A stretch of DNA of 64,000 bases, taken from assembly GCA_963707025.1 (NCBI GenBank), contig CAVPOM010000018.1, positions 384,001-448,000 of the forward strand, given 5' to 3'. Position 1 is the first letter of the stretch. Every line of letters begins with the position of its first letter. Shown here piece by piece: positions 53,257-63,115 of the stretch. The position numbers were made by a program, and so were the translations under genes. The notes beneath the pieces are model-generated. The model was not told where the DNA came from. It worked only from the letters and a program-made list of their open reading frames with translations, and did not search any database. The stretch comes from an uncultured Verrucomicrobiae bacterium (GTDB lineage Bacteria; Verrucomicrobiota; Verrucomicrobiia; Limisphaerales; Palsa-1400).

Positions 53257-54619
53257 TCAGAGCGCACATGGCCGTGCTCCGCCGGCCTTGGCAAGCAGCC
53301 CGGCATTTTCCAGTTGATCCGCCGCGGCCGACAGCGCTGCCAACGGAAGGCCGGATCGGGTCGCGATATCGAGCAGCGAATGCCCGCCGTCCGAAAAATT
53401 TAGCACCCACAACATCGCCTCTTCGGCGCCGGCGTTTTTTGTTCCGCCAACCGGGTGATAAAGTCCCCGCCGGCCCAGTTGGGGCTCGCATTTCGGATTC
53501 AAGTTCACGTAGCTCTCGTTCTCCTCCAGTGCGGTGATGATCTGCAGTATTTGTTGCAGCGATTCGGCCATGCTCGAAGGTTTGACCAGACTCAAGTTAT
53601 CCGCCGAAGTGTGATATTGCGGATATCCGCCATTGGGTGTGCGCATGAAACATCCCACCGGCAGGTTGATGCCGGGCGAACAGTACCTGGCGCTCATCGT
53701 ATCCATGAGGAGTGAAGTCCAGCAACTGAAATTCCCGGCCCGACTGCTGCAAGACATGCTCAACCACCCGGTCAATCTCGGCGTTTCCCCGGCGGCTGCG
53801 CTTGTAAGTGAAACGTCCCGGATCACCGACGCAGGAGAGGACCAGGCCGTGCTTGATATTGGGGAGGTGCGCCTCATTCAACGCCAGCCAAGTAATCGAG
53901 CCAATCGTTCCCGGTATCCACACAAACCGGTAGGAATAGCGCAACGGCCGGCCGGACAGATGTTGCGCCAGCCTGGCCGCGACCGCCATCCCGGACAGAT
54001 TGTCGTTGCAAAGCGAGGGATGGCAGCAATGCGACGAGATCAGAACCTCGGCATCCGTCGCGCCTTGAATGCGCAACTCGCCATAGGTCAGGTGGCCGGG
54101 TTCCAGTGTGGAATTGATGCAAACCTCGTACTCGGCATCGGCCAGGCTTTCCAACTGGCGATGGCTCAGGCAGAATCCCCAAGTCTCCTTGTAATATGAC
54201 GTGCGATAAGGGATCCAGTCCGGCGATCCGGACAACGTAAACAAGTGCGGCCGCAACTCTGAGAGGCCCACCTTCTTCCGCACCGGAACGCTGTAGTTAA
54301 CGACATGCAGATTGGACTTGCGGAAATCCACCACTTTCCCGCCTCCTGCATTCTTGATATAGGCATCACGAATGTTCCATTCCTTCGGCACCACCCAATC
54401 GAAAACCTTGGTTCCGCTCGGGACTTCGTGGAGGGACAACGGTGCCTGCTGCTGAAGCAACCGCAGGCTTGCGCGCAGCCCGTTTCCGGTAATGCTGCGG
54501 CAGATCGGATAAAGTTCCGACACGATGCGGTATAGTTCCGCGCCTTCCCGGGCGGCATCCCACTCACGGGATGCGCCGGCGGGCCGCTGGCCGCCAGTGT
54601 CAAGCATATCAACCATCAA
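53257..54619 (-). CDS. DUF4910 aminopeptidase-like protein with C-terminal winged helix; +1 frameshift at ~53686
   Basis: CRSITGNG, VPKEWN, HCCHPSLCNDNLSG; removing one G gives DERQYCSPG; YHTSAD, EPQLGRRGLY. Confidence 0.9.
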
Positions 54620-55143
54620 GCCAGGAGCGGCCAGTTCCGGTCTTTATCGTTTATCACGGTCACGGGCAGGGGCCACTCAATGCCCAGTTTTGGATCGTCA
54701 AAGCGCAGGCCGGCCGATTTGTCGGGCGCATAAAACTCGCTGATTTGATAGAAGACCTCGGTTTCGTCCGCCAAAGTCTGCAAGCCATGAGCGAACATCC
54801 CGGGAATATAAAGCGCGCGCCGGTTCCGGGCGGTCAATTCCGCACCCAGATGCTGGAGGTGGGTCGGGGAATCCTGCCGAAGATCAACCACCACGTCGTA
54901 GATGGCGCCGCTCGTGCAGCGCACCAGCTTGGTTTCGCAGGCGGGGGCCAGTTGATAGTGCAGTCCGCGCAGAGTGCCCCGGGTTCGATTGGCGGAGATG
55001 CTGCATTGCACAAATTCCCCCGCCAACCCGTGCTCCTCGAATTCGCGGGCGCAAAAGGTCCGCGCAAAAAAACCGCGGGCATCTTTGTGCGGCTCCGGTT
55101 CGATAATATAAACTCCGGACAGTTTCGTCGGGATGAAAATCAT
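54616..55143 (-). CDS. rfbC: NDP-4-keto-6-deoxyhexose 3,5-epimerase
   Basis: DARGFFAR, LRGLHYQ, KLVRC, FAHG, INDKD. Confidence 0.95.
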   Translation of the reverse strand: MIFIPTKLSGVYIIEPEPHKDARGFFARTFCAREFEEHGLAGEFVQCSISANRTRGTLRGLHYQLAPACETKLVRCTSGAIYDVVVDLRQDSPTHLQHLGAELTARNRRALYIPGMFAHGLQTLADETEVFYQISEFYAPDKSAGLRFDDPKLGIEWPLPVTVINDKDRNWPLLA

Positions 55144-55194
55144 CGCTTCCGCAGTCGCCGGCTGCGCCCGCCGGCGGGATTCTGCAACGGCCGG

Positions 55195-56226
55195 CTAAAT
55201 GGCGTCGCGCCAAAAAAATTGTTCGTTGATTTGCCCGGTGCGGATGAGATACTCGATTTGCTTCAGCCGCGTGAAGGTCCGGTGCTGGAAAACTTCCGGC
55301 GGCATCTCGATCCGTTTGAACAAGGCATAAAGCTGTTGCGCGCCGCGCCGCGCATCCCACGCGCACTGGAACCCGGCGAGGTGTTTCCGGATCTTTTCAA
55401 ACGATACCCGGTAGCTGCGATTGTCCGGGCTGGGCGGGCCGAGGGTGAGCCGGCAGCCGGGGAATGTCTCGGCCACGATCTCAGCGATCTCTCTCACCCG
55501 ATAATTGTGCTGCGTGTCGCCGACATTAAAAAGTTCATTATGCACGGCTTCACGCGGGGCTTGCAGCACCGCGCTGATGGCCCGGCAGATGTCCAGGCCG
55601 TGGACCAGCGGACGCCAGGGCGTGCCATCGCTGGTCATGCGGATTTCTCGGGTCGTCCAAGCCAGCCCCGCCAAGTTGTTGAGCACAATGTCGAACCGCA
55701 TGTGCGGCGAGGCTCCGTAGGCGGTGGCGTTGCGCAGAAAAGTGGGTGAGAACTTGTCGTTGGCCAGTGGTTTAACGTCGCGTTCGACCAGCGTTTTGCA
55801 GATGGCGTAGGTGGTTTGCGGATTCACCGGCGACTCCTCGTCCACATAGTCCTCCTCCGCCACACCGTACACGGCGCAGGATGACATATAGACAAAGCGC
55901 TTGACACCGGCCTGGCGGGCAAGTTCAGCCAGCCGCACCGAGCCAGCATGGTTAATCTCGTAAGTGATCTTCGGCGCGAGTTGTCCGATCGGATCGTTGG
56001 ACAGTTCGGCCATATGCACCACGGCGTCAATTCCGCGAAAGTCGGCCGGCTCGATTTGCCGCAGATCCTTGACCAGGGTTAGTGGCGCAAACGGCCCGTG
56101 GCGGTACAGGGTGCCCTCCTTGTAAAACCCGGTGTCGAGTCCCATCACCTCATGGCCAGCTCGGAGGAGGTCCACTGCGAGCAGGCTGCCCAAATATCCA
56201 TCGGTTCCGGTCACGAAAATGCGCAT
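55195..56226 (-). CDS. NAD-dependent epimerase/dehydratase (extended SDR)
   Basis: VTGTDGYLG, HMAELSND, YAICK, LRNATAYG. Confidence 0.93.
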   Translation of the reverse strand: MRIFVTGTDGYLGSLLAVDLLRAGHEVMGLDTGFYKEGTLYRHGPFAPLTLVKDLRQIEPADFRGIDAVVHMAELSNDPIGQLAPKITYEINHAGSVRLAELARQAGVKRFVYMSSCAVYGVAEEDYVDEESPVNPQTTYAICKTLVERDVKPLANDKFSPTFLRNATAYGASPHMRFDIVLNNLAGLAWTTREIRMTSDGTPWRPLVHGLDICRAISAVLQAPREAVHNELFNVGDTQHNYRVREIAEIVAETFPGCRLTLGPPSPDNRSYRVSFEKIRKHLAGFQCAWDARRGAQQLYALFKRIEMPPEVFQHRTFTRLKQIEYLIRTGQINEQFFWRDAI

Positions 56227-57054
56227 GGGAATTGTCTCCAATATTTCCGGTTCAGCCAAGACGAGTTGGCAGCGCTGGATTGAAGGTCATCAACGGAGTG
56301 CAACTTAACCGCAGCGCCAAGGCGATGGCCGGTAGAAGCTCCCTCCGACCAGGCTGCATGTCCAGCAGGAATGAAAACCCGGAAGAACGCCAACCCCATC
56401 ACCAGACGGGAAACCACCGGCAAACCAGCCCAGGACGACGAAACTGGCGCTTCAAGGCCACACTCCGTGCCGGTCAATTCGCAGGACCATTCTTGACTGT
56501 CCTGCTATCTGCGTCGTTTACGCTCTCCACTGCCTTTAATCGGTTTCAGTCGCCTGATGCCCGTAAGCCGCTTGGCTCCGGCGCTTGCTCCCTGCCCTTT
56601 GCCCGGAGACTTGGCACGATCCGTTGGTCTGTTCGTAAAAGCCGGCGCCCGCCACTATTATTAAGCCGGGCGCGGGTGCTCTCGTCAACGTCGTTTGTCC
56701 CGCCCGTGCGCACCTCACCCTCATCGAAGCCGGCGATTTGGCCGGCGGTGGTATCCTTAATTTTCCCAGCCGTCCGAGTTTAAGTTGTGAAATCGCCTTC
56801 GTTGAACTGCCATCCGGCATCCACGCGGGGGGATGGACAAAGCATTGCCTGGCGCAACCGCCAGAAGGGCATGGCAAGCGGTCATTGCAGGGGGTAATCG
56901 TGGCATGGCCACTAATTATCATCACTTTTTGTTTATGTTTCGCGATCCGGCTAAACCGTAACACAGAAACCGGGAAGCGCAAATGTCTTTGACAACCAGC
57001 GCCGGCAGTCGGCTCAGGAATGGAAAACGGCGGCGCCGGGCCGCTGGACCTGGG

Positions 57055-58407
57055 TCACTTCCGGGGCATTCCCAACCTGTCCATCAGTTCGTAAAGGTTG
57101 GATCTGGCGATGCCCAGTTCCACGGCGGCGGGAGCAATTTTTCCGTCATGCTTGCGCAGGGCATTTTTTATCATCTCCTTTTCCAGATTCTCCCGGGCCT
57201 CTTTGAGCGTGGTGCCGCCGGAGCCGGGGGCGCGCGCCGGCAATTCCAGGTCAGGCACTGTCACGCGCTTTCCCTCGGCCATGATGACGGCCCGGTGGAT
57301 GCAATTCTCCAACTGGCGGACGTTGCCCGGCCAGGGGTTGCGGCTCAAGGCGCGCATGGATTCCCGATCGAACGCCAAGCCCGGTTTGCCGGCCTGCTCG
57401 GCAAAACGGTGCAGAAAATATTGCGCCAGCAACCGGATGTCATCCGCCCGTTCCCGCAGCGGGGGCAGGGCTATTTTGACCACGGCGAGGCGATAAAACA
57501 AATCCTCGCGGAAGGTTCCGTCAGCCAGCCCTTTTTTGAGATCGGCGTTGGTGGCGGTGATGATGCGCGCATCAATGGGGATGGGCTGCCGTCCGCCGAC
57601 CCGCTCAATGCACTGCTCCTGGAGGAAACGGAGCAGTTTGACCTGGAGCGGCAGGGGAATTTCCCCAATCTCATCCAGAAACAGCGTGCCGCCAATCGCG
57701 CTTTCAAACCGCCCTTTCCGCTGGACGTGGGCGCCGGTGAAGGAGCCTTTCTCGTGCCCGAACAATTCGCTTTCCAAAAGCGTTTCCGGGATGGCGCTGC
57801 AGTTGATGGCGACAAAGGGCCCCTTCTGGCGGGCGCCGCAATGGTGGATGGCTTGCGCCACCATTTCCTTGCCCGTGCCGCTCTCCCCCAATAAAAGCAC
57901 CGGAGCGTCCGTCGTGGCCACCTTGCGGATCGCCTCAAACAAGCTGCGCATGGCCGCGCTGGTCCCCAGCATCCCCTCGAAAACGTCCGGGCGCTCTTCC
58001 CGCTGCCTCTCGCGCAGTTCCCGTTCCAGGTGCGCCACATGAAAGACCCGTTTCAGAACAATTCGCAGTTCTTCCATTTCCACCGGCTTGGCCATGAAAT
58101 CGTAGGCCCCTCCGTCTATGGCGTGGAGACCGATCCCCTTTTCGCCCTGGCCGGTGATGACGATGACTTTGGTCAGGCTTTCCAAGGCGGTTAACTCCGC
58201 CAGCGTGGCCAACCCCTCCTCAGGATCGGCGGGACGCGGCGGCAGGCCCAGATCCAGCAGGACCACCAGGGGGCGGGCCGCCTGAAAAGCCTCCAGCGCG
58301 CTCACCCGGTCGCCCGCGAGAATAATGTCATAATCGCCGGCCAGCGCCCATTTCATCTGGGTGCGTATTTCCTCTTCGTCGTCAACAATCAATAATTTAG
58401 GATTCAT
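57055..58407 (-). CDS. prsR: PEP-CTERM-associated sigma54-dependent response regulator
   Basis: LLDLGLPP receiver, GESGTGKE, GSFTGA, WPGNVR, Fis-type HTH; coupled to prsK. Confidence 0.92.
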   Translation of the reverse strand: MNPKLLIVDDEEEIRTQMKWALAGDYDIILAGDRVSALEAFQAARPLVVLLDLGLPPRPADPEEGLATLAELTALESLTKVIVITGQGEKGIGLHAIDGGAYDFMAKPVEMEELRIVLKRVFHVAHLERELRERQREERPDVFEGMLGTSAAMRSLFEAIRKVATTDAPVLLLGESGTGKEMVAQAIHHCGARQKGPFVAINCSAIPETLLESELFGHEKGSFTGAHVQRKGRFESAIGGTLFLDEIGEIPLPLQVKLLRFLQEQCIERVGGRQPIPIDARIITATNADLKKGLADGTFREDLFYRLAVVKIALPPLRERADDIRLLAQYFLHRFAEQAGKPGLAFDRESMRALSRNPWPGNVRQLENCIHRAVIMAEGKRVTVPDLELPARAPGSGGTTLKEARENLEKEMIKNALRKHDGKIAPAAVELGIARSNLYELMDRLGMPRK

Positions 58408-60552
58408 CAGCTGCGCTGGTTCGCCGGCAAAAACACTCGAAAGGTCGTGCCTTTGTTCAGTTGACTCTCCACCTCAACCCTGCCGCCGTGCGCCTCAACA
58501 ATCATTTTACTCTGAAACATGCCAATGCCAAAGCCTTCTTTCTTGGTGGTTTGAAAGGGCCGGAACAGCGATCCCTGGAGAAACTCCGGCGCCATGCCGC
58601 AACCATTGTCCGCCACCGTCAGCACCACCCAGCCTTTGGTCAGGCTGGTCTCCACCCGGATTTGACCGTTGGGCGGGACAGCTTCGGCGGCATTGAGGAC
58701 GAGATTGGTCACCACTTTGTGAATCTGCTCTGAGTCAAATATAAATTTCGGGATGGGGTCCAGATGGGCCGCCCATTCAATGGCGGGGGCGCCGTTCCAA
58801 CCGGCCAGGATTTTGGAAACCAAGTCATTAAGATCGGAAAACTGCGGGCGAATCTGCAGATCATGGCGCAGCACACTCAGCCGCCCAATCAAATTATTGA
58901 TATGCTGCCCGGATTTGGCGATGCCCCGCAAGGCATCCTCCCGGAAGGCCGGATTATCAAAGTGGACGGGCAGATTTTTCAGCATCAAATTCAGCGTCGA
59001 GGCGGTGTTCTTCAAGTCATGCACGAAAAAGGCGGACATGGTTTGAAACGCCTCCAGTTCCTTGGCCTGCAACAGCTTCTGCGAGAGTTGGCAATTGAGC
59101 AGGCTGGCTGCCACCTGGTCGCCCACACATTTGAGAAGGTCGTAATCCTGGAGGGAAAAGAGCGCCCCGCCCACCCGGTCGCCCAACAGCATCAGGCCCA
59201 GCAGTTGGCCCGCCGCGATCATGGGCACGCACACCCGGCTGCCGCCTTCCTCAAACTCCGAAGGATGGCAACGCCGCAAGGTCACCGCCCACTTCTCACC
59301 GGAGTACTCCACATCCACCGGGTCCAGACGATTTCGCATGGCCTGAATCAACTCGGACGACTCCTCGCGGTTCGGCCGCAATAGTTCAGCCATTGGCCCG
59401 GAGATCGAAGTGGAAGCAGCCAGCTCCAAATTCTCCCCCTTGTCGTCCATCAGCCAGATGCTGACGGAAAGGGCCTGAAAAATATCCGCCGCCAGCTTCA
59501 CCGAGGCCAGGCACAGTTCTTTTTTCGTCACCCGGTTGGCCGTGCCTTCGGTGAAACGCCGCCAGACGGTGCGGTAATCATAAAGCGGCTTCTGCAAATA
59601 CCGGCTGGCGAAGCGACGCGCATGCAATCGCACCCGGTCGGAAAGCAAAAGGACCGTCACCACCAGCAAGGCTACCAGGATCAAAAACGCCCGAAGCGGG
59701 AAGGAACCCGTCAACCCCAGCCATTGCACCAACTTGGCCAGCACTCCCACGATCAGCAAATAAAGACCCGCGACCAGGGCAGTGACCGATTTGTGCAGGT
59801 TCTTATGGGAAGGATAGACGGCCACCTTCAACGACCCGCGGAACAGCGAACGCAAGACCAGCAGGCCGCCCAGCAGCAACGCCGCCGCATTGACTGTCGG
59901 GGCAGAACTTTGCGGTCCTGTCATGGAAATCATTTGTTCCTTGTCCAGGAGTTGGGTCGGAAGGGCCAGCGCTTGACTGGCAGTATAAACCCTCGCCGCA
60001 AACAAGAGGCCCAAGCCAAGCAACATGAATTTGATCCGCCACCGCATCGTCCCAACTGACGCCCAGAAGGTCATTTCCAGTTGCATCAGAACCACGACCG
60101 CGCTCAACAGAGAGATCAAAAACAAGGCCCAGCCGGCGCGTGTCAATGGGAACAGCCATCGCAAGGTTGCGGGAAGAGGAACCGGCAGGGCCACAAGGCG
60201 GCCATGACAGCAGATCACAAGGGCTGTTGGGATGATGAACGCAGCTCCCAAGGCCACCCGCCATTTGCCCAAAAACTCCCGATAATTTCCCCGCGCGTAA
60301 CTTAGACTGAAAGCAAGCCAAGTTCCCGGCAGCAGCGACCCGGCCAATAAAGCCCAATCCTCCCAATGCCCCGCCACCTCCGGGCGGACAGCGTTCTGCC
60401 ATCAGTCCGGAAAAAACACTTTCACAGGACAGCAAGACCATGCCGGCAACAAAAAACCAGACCGCCACGGAGCGCCGCTCACGAGAAACGGCGACCAACG
60501 CTATCGCGCCTCCAAAAAAGGCGCTGGCGTAGTCAAACACAGCAGCACTCAT
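58407..60552 (-). CDS. prsK: PEP-CTERM system histidine kinase; +1 frameshift at ~60394
   Basis: Multi-TM N-terminus, YDYR, GAF region, SAFFVHDLKN H-box, DNGCGM, GIGM. Confidence 0.9.
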
Positions 60553-60695
60553 TAGTTTATTGGAGCCCGCCAAGGGATCAGCACGGAACAAGCTTATTTC
60601 TCAGGCGATAGTAAGCCCGGAATCCGGGGCCAGCAATGGAAAAGCGGGGCGGGACCCACAGCGGCAAACCGCAGCCAAAACCGCGTCAAGGAAGC

Positions 60696-60790
60696 TTTCC
60701 CCGCCGTGTCGCAGAGAGCGCAGGGAAAATCATAAGTTTCCGATCTTCTTCCCCGGTCTTTCTGTGTTCTCCGCGCCTCTCCGCGGGAAA
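60696..60790. repeat. Degenerate CGCAGAG-type inverted repeat element
   Basis: GTCGCAGAGAGCGCAG ... CTGTGTTCTCCGCGCCTCTCCGCG imperfect arms. Confidence 0.4.
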
Positions 60791-60843
60791 AATCCCGGGT
60801 TCCCGGGTCTTGCGCCTTCCTCAAGGAGCGCATCGGAAAAATG

Positions 60844-60871
60844 AAAAAGGCAGGACAATCAAGCCCTGCCT
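60844..60871 (-). terminator. Intrinsic terminator after the VPDGG gene
   Basis: AGGCAGGGC-TTGATT-GTCCTGCCT-TTTT. Confidence 0.75.
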
Positions 60872-60899
60872 CTGTGAAAACCTATGGCAAACAAAGTCC

Positions 60900-61547
60900 T
60901 TAGCGGATCAGTTTGCGGCGAAACATTTGCAAACCGGCCAGCGCGCCCCCCAACAGCACGATCGTCAACCCACCGTCAGGAACCGTGAGTTCAGCATCCA
61001 AGCTGGCGTGACCGCCACCGCTACCCGCCGTAAGAAAAATGTCTTGGGTTAAAGAACAGGGTGTGCTTCCAACACTGCCTTCCGCCGAACCGCTTGTGAT
61101 TCCCGTAGTCGTTCCGATCAGGCTGGTTTCAGCTCCCAGCGTATTGCCACCGTCGTAGTAAGCGCTGTAGGAACCGCTCATATTGCGGGCCGTTCCACCG
61201 ACGGTGAGAATGCCCGTGCCAACACCGGTATAATCGTTCCCGGAGAAGATAATCTCCAAGGTTCCGCCGGAACTCGAATAGACGTCCACGGTGGATGTGT
61301 CCAAATCGGCAGACGCAAGCGAGCCGTAAGTGGGAAACGGATATGTGAAAGAATTGATTGTAATATTCCAACTGCCGATCGTGGCGGAATACTCCAGCGT
61401 GCCTCCGCTGGCTACCCCCGTTGCACTCACATTATATACGGTCGTCCCGTTGGCGATTACTTCCAATGAGACTGAATTTGCTTTTGCCAAGGGGACCGCC
61501 AGAAGCGCCGCGCCGATGAGCCCTGTGATGATAATCTTCGTTTTCAT
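60900..61547 (-). CDS. VPDSG/PEP-CTERM-type sorted surface protein
   Basis: Signal peptide, Ser/Thr/Gly-rich body, C-terminal VPDGGLTIVLLGGALAGLQMFRRKLIR. Confidence 0.93.
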   Translation of the reverse strand: MKTKIIITGLIGAALLAVPLAKANSVSLEVIANGTTVYNVSATGVASGGTLEYSATIGSWNITINSFTYPFPTYGSLASADLDTSTVDVYSSSGGTLEIIFSGNDYTGVGTGILTVGGTARNMSGSYSAYYDGGNTLGAETSLIGTTTGITSGSAEGSVGSTPCSLTQDIFLTAGSGGGHASLDAELTVPDGGLTIVLLGGALAGLQMFRRKLIR

Positions 61548-61610
61548 TGTCTGCTACTTTGGTTTCACATTTCTTGCGCGTCCCACTACTCTTGCAGCTT
61601 CTTGGATTAT

Positions 61611-61627
61611 AGCCAGTTATGTGCCAA
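61611..61627 (-). promoter_or_regulatory. sigma54 -24/-12 promoter
   Basis: TTGGCACATAACTGGCT 64 nt upstream of the VPDGG gene; IHF-like TATCAACATGTTA at 61656-61668. Confidence 0.7.
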
Positions 61628-61725
61628 GGGTAATTCAGCGCGAGTGGGAATGTCGTAACATGTTGATAAACAGTATATTACAACCAAAGTTTTAACCCTC
61701 CAGAGAATGGCGTTTATGGCCGAAC

Positions 61726-61742
61726 CGTAGTCATTTCCGACA
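61726..61742. promoter_or_regulatory. Candidate PrsR enhancer box
   Basis: Reverse complement TGTCGGAAATGACTACG, matches the 22905 box at 13/17. Confidence 0.6.
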
Positions 61743-61865
61743 GAAAATCCGATTGTGAGCCCGAAATCAGACGTAAGTGCCTTATATTAAATAAGATATG
61801 CGATTTCGTGGTTTTCTGTAGGTATTACCGACGTTTTGAGGGCCATTTGGCGCTCTGGGGCAAGG

Positions 61866-62546
61866 TCAAAACCAACTGAATTTCTCCGGCACGAAGATGG
61901 TATCGTAGGGCTTGAGCGAGAACGGTTCAGACTGCACTTCACCATCAATGGTTTTCTTGAGGTTAAGCACCTTATAGGTGTTGTGTCCACCAGCGTCCGT
62001 TCGTATCACTTTGACCTTGGCGAGGTTCGACTTGGCGGAATCAACGCCGACCTCGACGACCGCCTGCAAGACTGTCAGCGGCCGGTCTGAGATGAGCTTG
62101 CCCGGCCGGAGGACCGCCCCTGTCACATAGACGATGAAGGCGGAGCTTTGCACGGTCACGCTGACCTGCTTGACTTTGATCTGTTCACCGACAGCCTTCA
62201 GGACGGCCTGCTCCGCTCCGTCCGGGGTCAGACCGGAGACTTTAACTTCGCCCGCGTTGAGAATGGTGATCTTGCCATCGGCCCGGATGGTTTGCAAGGC
62301 GTCCATTTCCGGCGCGCCGGGGAACTTGATCTGCAAGACATCTCCTTCGTGCAACGACAAGGAGTATGTGGCGTTGGTGTCGTTGAGCGGGATCTGCGGA
62401 AGCGTTGCGGTGGCACATCCGGACAGGATGAAGCAGAGGACCAGCCCTAGGGTGGCGGCGACGGCATGGCAAGACGGACGAAAGGGCAAGGCCCCGGCAG
62501 GGAGGCTGTTCTTCAATGGAATTGTCGCGCTTGAATATTTCAACAT
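61866..62546 (-). CDS. Polysaccharide biosynthesis/export (Wza-like) lipoprotein
   Basis: ILSGC lipobox, GDVLQI, IRADGKI, GLT, VYVTGAVLRPG, L.PYDTIFVPE. Confidence 0.9.
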   Translation of the reverse strand: MLKYSSATIPLKNSLPAGALPFRPSCHAVAATLGLVLCFILSGCATATLPQIPLNDTNATYSLSLHEGDVLQIKFPGAPEMDALQTIRADGKITILNAGEVKVSGLTPDGAEQAVLKAVGEQIKVKQVSVTVQSSAFIVYVTGAVLRPGKLISDRPLTVLQAVVEVGVDSAKSNLAKVKVIRTDAGGHNTYKVLNLKKTIDGEVQSEPFSLKPYDTIFVPEKFSWF

Positions 62547-63115
62547 TTTTTCTCCATTCGGCGCCGCGGAGGCGCTCTTTGATTGTTCGATTGGTTTAGA
62601 GGACAAACGGTTTGCGGTCAAGAAAACTTTGGCGCGAGCCGGCCGGCCGGACAGGGATGGTCGCACCTCAGGCCGTGCTGTGATCGCTGCGGCCCGGCCT
62701 TTCCCATCCTCCAACCTTCCTGCTCGATGCCCGCATTCTTGGCGCGGCTCGCTTTCGCAACCATGCGAAAAAGCGGCGGGGGCAGGCGGGTCGGATTCGC
62801 GGAATTAGAATCGGTCCTGCGCCGGAAAACTTTGTCCAGAAAACAGCCGGTCGTGTACCAAGACCGTCCGCGCGTCAGTCAATCAAGAAGCCGTCGCGGG
62901 GTTTTCCGAAAATAATCTGAAGAAAAAACGCGCCGCTCCGCCCACCGGATGCACGGGGCCACCGCCAAATGGCTTCATGCAACCTGTTGCCGGACAGCCG
63001 GTTGCAAAATCAGAAAAACACACTGCCCCGGACCTGATCTTTGACATGCCGTCCGCCGCGAAATACCTGGCGCGCCCGAAGGCCAGGTTGGCAGACCGGC
63101 TGCTAAACAGGGGTA

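Noticed and set aside
58782..58793. GGCGGGGGCGCC matches the tRNA 3' end (possible attR)
   Set aside because: Only 12 GC-rich bases inside the prsK coding sequence; no integrase in the window.
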